A stretch of DNA of 64,000 bases from Candidatus Obscuribacter phosphatis (GTDB taxonomy: Bacteria > Cyanobacteriota > Vampirovibrionia > Obscuribacterales > Obscuribacteraceae). Positions 33,955 through 42,930 of the stretch are shown piece after piece (position 1 is the stretch's first letter; every line of letters starts with the position of its first letter). The DNA lies in contig MOYA01000004.1 of assembly GCA_001899315.1 (NCBI GenBank), forward strand, positions 54,477-118,476, in the 5' to 3' direction. The translations under genes and the position numbers were made by a program. The notes under the pieces are model-generated. The model was not told the origin of the DNA. It searched no databases and saw nothing but the letters and a program-made list of their open reading frames with translations.

Positions 33955-35262
33955 CTATTGTGCAATCTTTTCCAAACCCAAATAGGGTTGCAACTTTGCT
34001 GGCACTCGTATAACGCCGTTTCTTTCTTGGTGGTTCTCCAGGAAAGCCACAAGTAGGCGAGGCGTAGCCACTGCTGTGTTATTCAAGGTAAAGACAAACT
34101 CTTTTTTTGCTTTGGCGCGCTCTTCGCCTCCTCCCTCGGCATCAAGCCGATAGCGAATATTCAGACGTCTGGCCTGAAAATCGCCCAATAGCGAGCACGA
34201 ATGAGTCTCGAAGTATCCACCCCTAACTGGCATATGGGTTTCGATATCATACTTGAGCATCTGCCCTTGACCAAGGTCTCCAGCACACACCGCGACCACT
34301 CTGTACGGCAACTCCAAAGCTTCCAAAATACGTGTGGCATTCTCAAGTAACTCTTTATGCATCGCCAAAGCTTTCTCCAGATCCGCTTCCACAATTGCAA
34401 CCTGCTCTACCTTCTGAAACTGGTGAACCCTGAACAAGCCTCGCGTATCACGACCAGCCGCGCCAGCTTCACGCCTAAAGCAAGTGGTCTTACCAACCAA
34501 TCGCAGAGGCAGCTCCGCTCTGGCGAATGTTCTATCAGCCTGAAGAGCCACCAGACCGACCTCAGCTGTGCCTGCAAGAAATAGCTCGTCCTTAGCTAAT
34601 TCATAGGCATTCTCAGCTCCATAAGGGAAATAGCCGGCTCCCTCCATCGCCTGCCTTCGCACCATAAGTGGTGGCGCTATTGGTTTATAGCCCTGTTTTA
34701 CAAGCATATCGAAAGCCAGACGATGGATAGCTTCTTCCAATAAGGCGCCATTGCCGGTGAGGGCATAGGCACGCGCACCGCCGACCTTGCGACCGCCTTC
34801 GAAATCAGCCAAGCCAAGTTTCTCTGCGAGGGTCAGATGATCTAATGCATCAAAATCAAATTGTTTTGGTTCACCCCATCGCCAGAGTTCAACATTGTCA
34901 TTGTCATCTAAGCCGTCAGGAACCGCCGGTAGCATCACATTGGGAAGGCGCAGCATCAAATTCAGAAAACGTAAGCGGGCATCACAGGCTTCTTTCTCCA
35001 TCTCTTGGAGGCGCCTTCCCAACTCCCGCCCGTAGTCCCTTAGTTTGTCATCCACTACCACGCCTTGGAAGGCCAATTCTTTCATAGCGATGTTGTGTCG
35101 ATTTCTCTCAATCTGCAGTGGTGCGATTAACTTATTTAGTTGCTCAAGACGGGCATGCTCTCTGAGAAGCTCGTCAAGATCAAAAAACTCTGCAAAACCC
35201 TTCTTCTCTATTGCAGCGCGAAATAGTTCAACATTCTCAAGTACAAATTTAATATCCAGCAT
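33955..35262 (-). CDS. serS: seryl-tRNA synthetase
   Basis: ORF trimmed to ATG 35262 (GGAGG SD; MLDIKFVLENVE...). Coiled-coil N-terminus. Class II motifs FRREAGAAGRDTRGLFRVHQF and TLNNTAVATPR. Confidence 0.9.
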   Translation of the reverse strand: MLDIKFVLENVELFRAAIEKKGFAEFFDLDELLREHARLEQLNKLIAPLQIERNRHNIAMKELAFQGVVVDDKLRDYGRELGRRLQEMEKEACDARLRFLNLMLRLPNVMLPAVPDGLDDNDNVELWRWGEPKQFDFDALDHLTLAEKLGLADFEGGRKVGGARAYALTGNGALLEEAIHRLAFDMLVKQGYKPIAPPLMVRRQAMEGAGYFPYGAENAYELAKDELFLAGTAEVGLVALQADRTFARAELPLRLVGKTTCFRREAGAAGRDTRGLFRVHQFQKVEQVAIVEADLEKALAMHKELLENATRILEALELPYRVVAVCAGDLGQGQMLKYDIETHMPVRGGYFETHSCSLLGDFQARRLNIRYRLDAEGGGEERAKAKKEFVFTLNNTAVATPRLLVAFLENHQERNGVIRVPAKLQPYLGLEKIAQ

Positions 35263-35322
35263 AAAGCCTCCAAGTTCAAACAAGAAGAGAAAAAAGAAAG
35301 AGAAAGCAAACGCAAAGCAAAA

Positions 35323-35424
35323 TTCAGCCAAGCAGCCAACTTTGAACTATGGCGCAGTCGAACAAATGCAAAGCCAAGTTCAGCCAAGCAGCCAACTTTG
35401 AACTATGACGCAGCCAAACAAATG
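35323..35424. repeat. 46-bp direct repeat, two copies (period 56)
   Basis: TTCAGCCAAGCAGCCAACTTTGAACTATG.CGCAG.C.AACAAATG at 35323-35368 and 35379-35424, with 3 mismatches. Upstream of serS. Confidence 0.8.
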
Positions 35425-35497
35425 TCCAAACTAATTGGCGCACACTAAGTAGCGTAAAGCGCAAAGCTCAAAGCTCAAAGCCAACCAATCAGTCAAG

Positions 35498-35557
35498 AAC
35501 CTGATTTCAAAATGCCTGATTTCCAAGTGCCTAATGTCCAAATGCCCTGTTTGAGCC
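35498..35557. repeat. degenerate 15-bp tandem repeat, about 4 copies
   Basis: AACCTGATTTCAAA / ATGCCTGATTTCCAA / GTGCCTAATGTCCAA / ATGCCCTGTTTGAGCC. Confidence 0.6.
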
Positions 35558-35916
35558 AAGCTATGGTCATCACTTAGACACAGCTGGCAATGGTTCTAGG
35601 CAGATCCATCTTGATTGATCGCGTCTGCAAACTAGTGAATAGATACTCGTGAAGAAGTCAGTCCGCCGCAACGTCTGCTGTTCGGCACAAGGCGCTGTGT
35701 GACCATGTTGCCGAAAAGCTGAGGCAAAGCCCCATCAGCCATTTGCCTCAGCAAGTGGGTGGTTTCGCCTAGATCAATTAGTTTGAGATTGTGCATAATC
35801 GGTTACTTCCTGTACAACCATAATGGTTGAGAAAGCCAACTTGGTCAAGTAAAAGTATGCAAAGTTTTCGAGATTGGTTGCGGTCCAATCTGCAGTTGCA
35901 TGTCTCGAACCAAAAT

Positions 35917-36900
35917 TTAAAGAGCCAAACTGGTGAGCCCGGCATAGCGTGCCAACATCGCTTGCACCGTTGCGTAATGAGCTTCCCAGACATCTGGACC
36001 ATAACCACCAGCAAAGACCAAAGAGACCGGCAAACTATGTCTAAAGAAAAGATCGCTCAAAAAACGACTGCGCTCCTGCATCACTGGCAGTGGCAACTTG
36101 ATAAATTTAGTACCGGGGAGAACATCTTTTTCATAAGCATCCGAACCATCGACAAGCAAAATACAATCAGGGGCAAAGTCGGAAATGGACTGAGGAAGAG
36201 TGGCAGCCAACATTTCTAGGTAATGTCCTTGCTCGGCTTCCTTTATCGCTACATCCAAGCTGCTATGCACCTTCTCATCCGGCCAACCTTCATGCGAATG
36301 TATAGAATAAGTGTAGACCCGACCGGCTTTCATCTCTTCCTGCAGGCAGAGCACGGTACCATCACCTTGATGAAAGTCAACGTCGACGATCATCAACTTT
36401 CTCACCTTGCACTTATCGTCACGCAAAAGAGAACGGGCAGCAAGAGCGACATCATTGATTGCACAAAAACCCTGCCCCCGGTCAGGCTTGGCATGATGAT
36501 AGCCAGCCCCCAAATTGGCGCAAAAGCCGCTTTCCAGGCAAGCAAACGCTGCTTCGACAGTGCCGCCTGCCTTCAGCAAAAAATCGCTGATTATGTGATG
36601 AAGTGGAAACCTAGCGCCTGGAAGATGGCCATTCTCATCGAGAGTTTCATCCAGTTCGAAAATCTCGGTCCAGGTGAGAGAAGAAGAGAGTGAGCGAATA
36701 TAAGCTTCGCTGTGCACCAGCTGCAAAGTTTGCCTATCGATTGGAACAGGCAGACGAAACTGCACAGGCTCGCCCAAATGCTCTTCCAGCCGCGCCAATA
36801 CCAACTTTCCACGGTCGAGGGCAAAAGGCCGATTCATGCCGTATCCGACCAAATCGGTCTGATAGGCTGGGTCAAAGATCAGAAAAGCACTAAGGTCCAT
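35917..36900 (-). CDS. histone deacetylase-family (arginase-fold) deacetylase
   Basis: GAGYHHAKPDRGQGFCAINDVALAA, IVDVDFHQGDGT, GSDAYEKD. Start is uncertain (ATG 36900 or TTG 36936). Confidence 0.85.
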   Translation of the reverse strand: MDLSAFLIFDPAYQTDLVGYGMNRPFALDRGKLVLARLEEHLGEPVQFRLPVPIDRQTLQLVHSEAYIRSLSSSLTWTEIFELDETLDENGHLPGARFPLHHIISDFLLKAGGTVEAAFACLESGFCANLGAGYHHAKPDRGQGFCAINDVALAARSLLRDDKCKVRKLMIVDVDFHQGDGTVLCLQEEMKAGRVYTYSIHSHEGWPDEKVHSSLDVAIKEAEQGHYLEMLAATLPQSISDFAPDCILLVDGSDAYEKDVLPGTKFIKLPLPVMQERSRFLSDLFFRHSLPVSLVFAGGYGPDVWEAHYATVQAMLARYAGLTSLAL

Positions 36901-37022
36901 TGCATCAAATGCACTCAATTCTAGACCATCAACCAAAGCACAAACAGGCTTGATGCTTAAGCTGTAAACAGAGATGAGAAACAGGCGGCGAGAGACAAAT
37001 AGCAGAATGCAAAGAAAATAAA

Positions 37023-37122
37023 GCCTGAGTGCGAAAACCTACAGCCTGAGTGCTAAGGCCTGAGACCTAAGATCTGAGCCCTGAGCCCCGAGACCTGAGA
37101 CTTAAGACTTAAGACTCAGGAC
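37023..37122. repeat. low-complexity 7-mer repeats (CTGAGMC / TTAAGAC)
   Basis: GCCTGAGTGC twice, then CTGAGAC, CTGAGCC, CTGAGCC, CCGAGAC, CTGAGAC, TTAAGAC, TTAAGAC, TCAGGAC. Confidence 0.7.
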
Positions 37123-37526
37123 GTAAACCTAAAGGACAATTCAAAGAGTCCTCAGACCACGGGGATGTCAAGTTAAACAAGCTAGCGCGAATCTTTACTT
37201 GCATAACCGCCTGGCTATCCGAGTGTGGCAGCTGTCTGGCGATGTTGGAAAACTAACAACCTGCTTCGCCCGCTAGTTCTTGAGAACATAAACTATATTT
37301 CTTGCTTATCTGTTGCTATGGGCAGCAGTTACTTACTAGGTTCGAGGCCTGATTTACTTATCTTTCAACTGGACCTTTGAGTTCTAAATAGTGCTGACAG
37401 CCCATTAACCGCTTCACCTGGCAAGCAATAACGCTTGTCCGTGGGAGGCTGTCTTTACTCAAGAGCGTCCAACACCACTTTCGACGGCATGGACTGCGGT
37501 AGTCCTATCCGTTCAGGAGCAAATGA

Positions 37527-39005
37527 ATGTCTACTGCCTCAACCTGGCTGTGGCTGGGTCTTCTCATGGTGTTTGTGCTCGTCAATGGTCTCTTCGTAGC
37601 GATTGAGTTTGCCCTCATTCGCCTGCGCAAGACTCGCATTGAGGAGATGGTCAAACAAGGGGTGCGCGGCGCCAAGACCGTGCAAAACCTTTCGGATAAA
37701 CTGGACGATTCGGTAGCCGGCGCACAGCTGGGCATCACGATCATGGGTCTTGCTTCCGGTGCCGTCGGCGTCGAGCCGATCAAGGCAGTTCTGGAAGCCG
37801 GCATCAACGCTGCCGCCCATGTTCTGCCCCAATTGAGCGCCTGGCAGGTGCCGAACTTCGTGGCTATGGCCCTTTCGTTTATCATTCTCACCTTCTTGCA
37901 CGTCATCATCGGCGAGCAGGTGCCCAAACTGGTAGGCTTGCGCAGTCCCGAAAAGATTGCTCTGGCGCTGTCGGTTCCCTTTGTTTTCTTCTGTCGTCTG
38001 ACCTCGCCCTTCCTCTGGCTCATCGCCAAGACCACGGCATTGTTCATGCGCCTGCCCGGCATGCCCCGCGGCAGCAAGACAGAAGAGGCTCCTCCCTCAG
38101 TGGAAGAGCTGATGATTCTGGTGCAGACTTCGACCCGGGCAGGCACTCTGGGCAAAGCTGAATCAAACCTGGTACAGCGCGCCCTGGAATACCGCGGTCT
38201 TACGGTGAAAGATGTGATGGTGCCAGCCAGCCACATGGACTGCCTGCCGGAAGATATGACTCTCATGGACGCCCTTGATGTGGCGGTCAAGACCAAACAT
38301 AGCCGCTTGCCGCTCTACCGGCAGGATAGGCGTGCCGTGGTGGGAGTGCTGCGCACCCGCGAACTCTTGGACGTCTTGCGTAAGAAGTTGCGCTCTGAAG
38401 CAAAGCCGCCACGTCTGCCGCTGCCTCCGCAGCTGGTGATCAGCGGCAATGAGCCCATCGGCAAGCTCACTTCCTACATCCGCAAGCCTTTCTTCGTCAA
38501 GGCGGATACACCGGCCAGCAGCCTTCTGGAAGAGCTGAAGACTCGCCACTTGCAGCTGGCTATCGTCGTAAACGATGTCGGTGAAGCTCTCGGTCTGGTC
38601 ACCCAGGAAGACCTGGTGGAACAGCTGGTGGGCGAAATCCACGACGAAGACGACGGTCCGGTGGAAGGTGTCTTCCAGCTCAATGAAAACCAGTACCGAG
38701 TGGAGGGCGCGCTCACCCTCTACGAATTCCGTCGCGTCTTCGATGCTCGACTGGTTTCGAGCGCCGCCACCACCATCGCCGAAGTCTTTCTCGAAAACTA
38801 TCGAGGAGAAGTGGTGGAAGGAGCACGACTTGAGTTGAACGGTTTCGCCCTCAAGGTGCTTGCTTGCAAGCATGCTTCGGCAGCAAGCCAGAAAGACTCA
38901 AGCAAAGAATCTGGAGATGTGCACATCGACTGGCTCGAAGTCACCATCCTACCGGAAGGTGAGAGCCGTGAAGCCGGTGCGGGAGAGAAGCTCAGCCTGC
39001 ACTGA
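37527..39005 (+). CDS. CNNM/HlyC/CorC-family transporter (DUF21 + CBS pair + CorC_HlyC)
   Basis: AGGAG SD. LFVAIEFALIRLRKTRIEEM (DUF21 TM region), a CBS-like region (VKDVMVP...), and the C-terminal CorC-type YRVEGALTLYEFRRVF. Confidence 0.85.
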   Translation: MSTASTWLWLGLLMVFVLVNGLFVAIEFALIRLRKTRIEEMVKQGVRGAKTVQNLSDKLDDSVAGAQLGITIMGLASGAVGVEPIKAVLEAGINAAAHVLPQLSAWQVPNFVAMALSFIILTFLHVIIGEQVPKLVGLRSPEKIALALSVPFVFFCRLTSPFLWLIAKTTALFMRLPGMPRGSKTEEAPPSVEELMILVQTSTRAGTLGKAESNLVQRALEYRGLTVKDVMVPASHMDCLPEDMTLMDALDVAVKTKHSRLPLYRQDRRAVVGVLRTRELLDVLRKKLRSEAKPPRLPLPPQLVISGNEPIGKLTSYIRKPFFVKADTPASSLLEELKTRHLQLAIVVNDVGEALGLVTQEDLVEQLVGEIHDEDDGPVEGVFQLNENQYRVEGALTLYEFRRVFDARLVSSAATTIAEVFLENYRGEVVEGARLELNGFALKVLACKHASAASQKDSSKESGDVHIDWLEVTILPEGESREAGAGEKLSLH

Positions 39006-39059
39006 CTTTCTTCGTGCACTGAATTTCTTCGACAAAAACAACAACAACCGGAGGCCACT

Positions 39060-40643
39060 ATGCCCTGGATAACACTAATTGTGATATGCCTGTTTCTCGT
39101 GCTTTGTCTGGGCTTGGTAGCCTTCCGATGGAGCAAAGCGACCGACCCTGAGCCGGTTTCGCACACCGTCAACTCAGGCAAGTACAACTGGGAATCTCCG
39201 ACCTTCGAAGCGTCGGGACCTTTCTTTATCAAACCCTGGCTGCAGCCGGGTGCGAGCGCCGATTACGACTCAGCCGGAGAAGCTCTGGAACTGGTCTTCC
39301 ACACCAGCCAGCGGCCAACCAGCTGTCGGGTCGAGCTCTACAAGTTGCAGGACCCTCTGACAGCAGTGGCCGTCCTCAGACCGGATGGTCAAGCTCTCAA
39401 TCTGCCCTCGGTCGCCAACCAGGTGCAGTTCAGAGTCAAGCTGAGCGGGCTCAACCCCGACACGGTCTATGCCTACCGCATCTTCTTTGGCGTGGACGAG
39501 GTCTTTGCCTCGACTTTCTCGACCAGGAAGGAAAAGGGCGCTCCCTTTCGTGCCATCGTATTCGGTGACATGGGTTCGGGCTCGCCCTGGCAGAAGCAAA
39601 TCGCTCAGCAAATGGCTGTGCCTGATCAGGCTGCAACCGGGCACATTAAGCCGCGTGGTGCCGATCTGATTGTCTCCACCGGAGACGTCGTTTATCACCA
39701 CGGCCGCTTCAACGAGTATCTCAGCCGTTTCTTCCCGGTCTACCAAGACCTGCTCTCACGCTCCATGCTGCTCACTTGCGTGGGCAACCACGATATGGCC
39801 AAATACGATCCAGAGACGCTGATGTCCTTCAGCGACTACCCAGATTTGATGGCTTATTTCGTCCTCTTCAGTCAGCCCCTGAACGGACCGCCGGCTGTTA
39901 CACACAACCTGGGAGAGAACGAGTTGAGCGCCGCCGGCGGTCAGCAAGTAGGGGCCAATCTGCCTCCTATGACCGGCGACATCGATGCACGCAAAGCCCT
40001 GGTGACAGCAGCCGGCGATCGCTACCCGCGCATGGCCAACTTCTCCTACGACTACGGCAGCGCCCACTTCCTCTTCCTCGACGCCAATACCTACATGGAC
40101 TGGAGCGAAGAGAAGTGGCGGGCTTATGTCAGAGAGGATCTGAGAAAGGTGCCGCAAGGTATCTGGAAGGTGGTGATTCTGCATCAGCCGCCTTTCACCT
40201 CAAACGTCAAGCACCAGCGCGAGCAAGGGATGCGATTCCTGGCCGACATCTTCGAAGAAGAAGGCGTCAATCTGGTCTTCTGCGGTCATGCTCACTGCTA
40301 TGAGCGCAGCCGCCCGATCAAGTTCAAGGTGCAAGGAGGAATCAATGCTCAGGCACGCCGTGTGGAAGGCTATGTGCCGGGCAGCGTCACTATGGACTAC
40401 GACTACGACGGCGTAACGGTGAAGAAGCCGAACGGCGTCATCTATATCGTCACCGGTGGTGGTGGCGCCAAGCTGGATAGCATCAACCTGCACAACCAGC
40501 CTGGACAGTGGCAACCATGGACGGCGAAACTGGTTGGAGACCGGCACAGCTTCAGCTTGGTCGACTTCGGTAAGGACGAGATAACAGTCCGTCAGATCGA
40601 CATCAATGGTCTGGAGGTTGATCGCTTCCAGATCTGCCGCTGA
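39060..40643 (+). CDS. calcineurin-like metallophosphoesterase (purple acid phosphatase-like)
   Basis: N-terminal TM/signal anchor. FGDMGSG, TGDVVYHHG, VGNHD, LHQPPF, CGHAHCYERS. Confidence 0.85.
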   Translation: MPWITLIVICLFLVLCLGLVAFRWSKATDPEPVSHTVNSGKYNWESPTFEASGPFFIKPWLQPGASADYDSAGEALELVFHTSQRPTSCRVELYKLQDPLTAVAVLRPDGQALNLPSVANQVQFRVKLSGLNPDTVYAYRIFFGVDEVFASTFSTRKEKGAPFRAIVFGDMGSGSPWQKQIAQQMAVPDQAATGHIKPRGADLIVSTGDVVYHHGRFNEYLSRFFPVYQDLLSRSMLLTCVGNHDMAKYDPETLMSFSDYPDLMAYFVLFSQPLNGPPAVTHNLGENELSAAGGQQVGANLPPMTGDIDARKALVTAAGDRYPRMANFSYDYGSAHFLFLDANTYMDWSEEKWRAYVREDLRKVPQGIWKVVILHQPPFTSNVKHQREQGMRFLADIFEEEGVNLVFCGHAHCYERSRPIKFKVQGGINAQARRVEGYVPGSVTMDYDYDGVTVKKPNGVIYIVTGGGGAKLDSINLHNQPGQWQPWTAKLVGDRHSFSLVDFGKDEITVRQIDINGLEVDRFQICR

Positions 40644-40707
40644 ATCTGTCCGACAAGACAAGATAAGTTAGCGGCTCTAAAGCTCCACAGCTCTACAGCT
40701 CAATAAA

Positions 40708-40775
40708 GACCGGCGGTCTGGTTCTGAATTTGCAGTTAAGCACTGCCAGTTCAGCCAGCCGCCGGTCCCTTTTTT
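40708..40775 (+). terminator. long-stem rho-independent terminator
   Basis: GACCGGCGGTCTGGTTCTGAA ... TTCAGCCAGCCGCCGGTC followed by CCTTTTTT. Confidence 0.65.
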
Positions 40776-40923
40776 GCTTTCAGCTAAATTTTTTGACCTT
40801 ATTTCTACTATAGAGCTTAACAGATAGAGATATCGGGTACTTATTCGTCAGGAGTCATATTTCTCTTCTAATAACTGGTTTAATATAAATAGAGAGATCA
40901 AAGGCTCTCTTTCAAAGGATAAA

Positions 40924-42927
40924 ATGCCCCTCCAAGACTCCTTTAGTAAAAAGTCTGATAAACCGGACCAGGCGCAAGTGAAATCGCCGCGCCCGGCTAA
41001 GTGGCCGCGCGTGCCCACACTTGAAGACTTGGAGTTCAGTTTTCAAAGAGCGAAAGACAGCCCTGGTATTCCGGCAGCCATGTCTTGGAAAAGGACAGAG
41101 TCTTCCAGTTTTGTCCTTTCGGTGACTTGGGAGACCGGAGGAAAAGGCGGCGAAGCTACCTGGCTTTTGACAGCGGAAGAAATGGGCGACAACGTGGTGC
41201 TGTGGAGCTTCCGCAGCCGCGATGCAGCGGTTATTCATAAGCTGATGGAAGAAGCCATTCAGGCTCTTGACCCTTCCAATCAGCCGGAAGAAGACGAGAA
41301 CCAGATGTACGGACAGGTTACCGTCAAGCCCGGCACCAAGATAGACCATTACGAGATCGTCGAAGAGATAGGTAGCGGCGGCATGGGGGTCGTTTATCGC
41401 GGCCGCGACGATATGTTCGACCGACCAGTAGCCATCAAAGTTCTGCATTCCAAGCTGCTCAGTGACCCACTCTCCAAGAAACGCTTTGAACAAGAGGGAA
41501 GAGCCACTATCGCCCTCGCTCATCCTAACCTAATTTCGGTCTATCACTATGGTTTCTCGTCGGGCGGCTTGCCCTTTATCGTCATGGAATATGTTGACGG
41601 CAAAGGTCTGGACAAAATGTTAGAGCAGGTAGGCCACTTGGAATTCGCCGAATTTGTCGAGATTTTCTTGCAAGCTTGCGACGCCCTCGGTCATGCGCAC
41701 GAAAGGGGCATCATTCACCGCGACCTCAAGCCCAGTAACCTGATGCTTGTCAATGTCGGCAAGAAAGAAAAACTGGTCAAAATCGTAGACTTCGGCATCT
41801 CAAAAATATTGCCCCATGGGCGCTTTCCTGGACAGGACCTGACCAATGCCGGGGATGTGGTGGGCAGCCCTCTCTACATGAGCCCAGAGCAGTGCAAAGG
41901 ACTTTCTTTAGATGGTCGGTCCGACATTTATTCTCTGGGTTGCCTGATGTACCAGGCTGCTACCGGCTCGCTGCCCTTTCTCGGCGAAAACGCACTACAG
42001 ACTTTGAGTAAGCATATTTGCGATCCGCCACCCAAATTCAAAGATATTGCCCCAGATCTCAAAATTCCGCCAGACCTTGAACGCATAATCTTCAAGACCA
42101 TGGAAAAAGAGCCGGAGAAGCGCTATGAAAGCGTAGCCGAGCTGCACGCCGATCTGGAAGCGATTTTGCCCAAGGGCAAGGGTCTCAGCCTGACCACCAC
42201 TACCCTCTCCAAGGTAGCTTCGACAGCCACAGCCGGTTCTGTGCATATTCTTGTTGAAACGGAAGAATTGCCCAGAGCCACTCTAGAGGCTGCTGTGCAA
42301 ATTCAAAAAATGCTCCGGGAAGGCACGATGACCCTGGCGGAAGCAGCCAGCGCCTTGAATCGCGCCCACGTCAACGGCGGACAAATCGACATCGATACAC
42401 TCGGCAAAACCAGAGAACATGCTTCATCCCTGGTGGTAGACACACCTCTTGAAGCGGTACTGGTAGAAGCAGGTCTAATTTCCAACGCCGTCTGGCGCAC
42501 CCTTTTGCAATTGCAGGCAGCCATGCGCAGCGGTGAGATGAGCAAAGAAGAAGCTGTACAGGAATTCAGAAAAAGACATGCCAAGGTACAGCCGAAAATA
42601 ACCAAACTTGCCGAAGCGGCTAAAGAGAAACCGCAGATGAGCATTCCCACAAGCCCGGTGGAAATGCTGAAACAAGCAGGCATGATTAGCGAAGAAGACC
42701 TGGAAAAAGCTAAAAAAGAGGCTGCCGATAAAGGCACCAAACTGGAGAAAGTATTGGTAGCCATGGGTAAAATCGACACCAAAACAGTGCTGGCCAGCTA
42801 TCAATGCATGACCCTGCTATCAAATAAAAAACTGAAATTAGAACAAGCGATAATAGCGCTCAACTACTGCGCCCGCATGCGTGTTGATTTTTCAGAAGCC
42901 GTACAAGAGTTAGGCTGGGATATTTAA
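40924..42927 (+). CDS. Ser/Thr protein kinase with C-terminal MshEN/T2SSE_N-like modules
   Basis: GSGGMGVVYRG, VAIKVL, HRDLKPSNLM, DFGISK, SPEQ. About 130-aa N-terminal extension; the C-terminal 230 aa are related to the 32641 protein. Confidence 0.9.
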   Translation: MPLQDSFSKKSDKPDQAQVKSPRPAKWPRVPTLEDLEFSFQRAKDSPGIPAAMSWKRTESSSFVLSVTWETGGKGGEATWLLTAEEMGDNVVLWSFRSRDAAVIHKLMEEAIQALDPSNQPEEDENQMYGQVTVKPGTKIDHYEIVEEIGSGGMGVVYRGRDDMFDRPVAIKVLHSKLLSDPLSKKRFEQEGRATIALAHPNLISVYHYGFSSGGLPFIVMEYVDGKGLDKMLEQVGHLEFAEFVEIFLQACDALGHAHERGIIHRDLKPSNLMLVNVGKKEKLVKIVDFGISKILPHGRFPGQDLTNAGDVVGSPLYMSPEQCKGLSLDGRSDIYSLGCLMYQAATGSLPFLGENALQTLSKHICDPPPKFKDIAPDLKIPPDLERIIFKTMEKEPEKRYESVAELHADLEAILPKGKGLSLTTTTLSKVASTATAGSVHILVETEELPRATLEAAVQIQKMLREGTMTLAEAASALNRAHVNGGQIDIDTLGKTREHASSLVVDTPLEAVLVEAGLISNAVWRTLLQLQAAMRSGEMSKEEAVQEFRKRHAKVQPKITKLAEAAKEKPQMSIPTSPVEMLKQAGMISEEDLEKAKKEAADKGTKLEKVLVAMGKIDTKTVLASYQCMTLLSNKKLKLEQAIIALNYCARMRVDFSEAVQELGWDI

Positions 42928-42930
42928 AGT

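Noticed and set aside
35045-35401. 118-aa plus-strand ORF, and the 23-codon N-terminal extension of the serS ORF (MAEFCFAFAFSFFFLFLF...).
   Set aside because: The ORF is antisense to, or upstream of, the well-supported serS start at 35262, which has a GGAGG SD. The translations are low-complexity products of A/T-rich runs.
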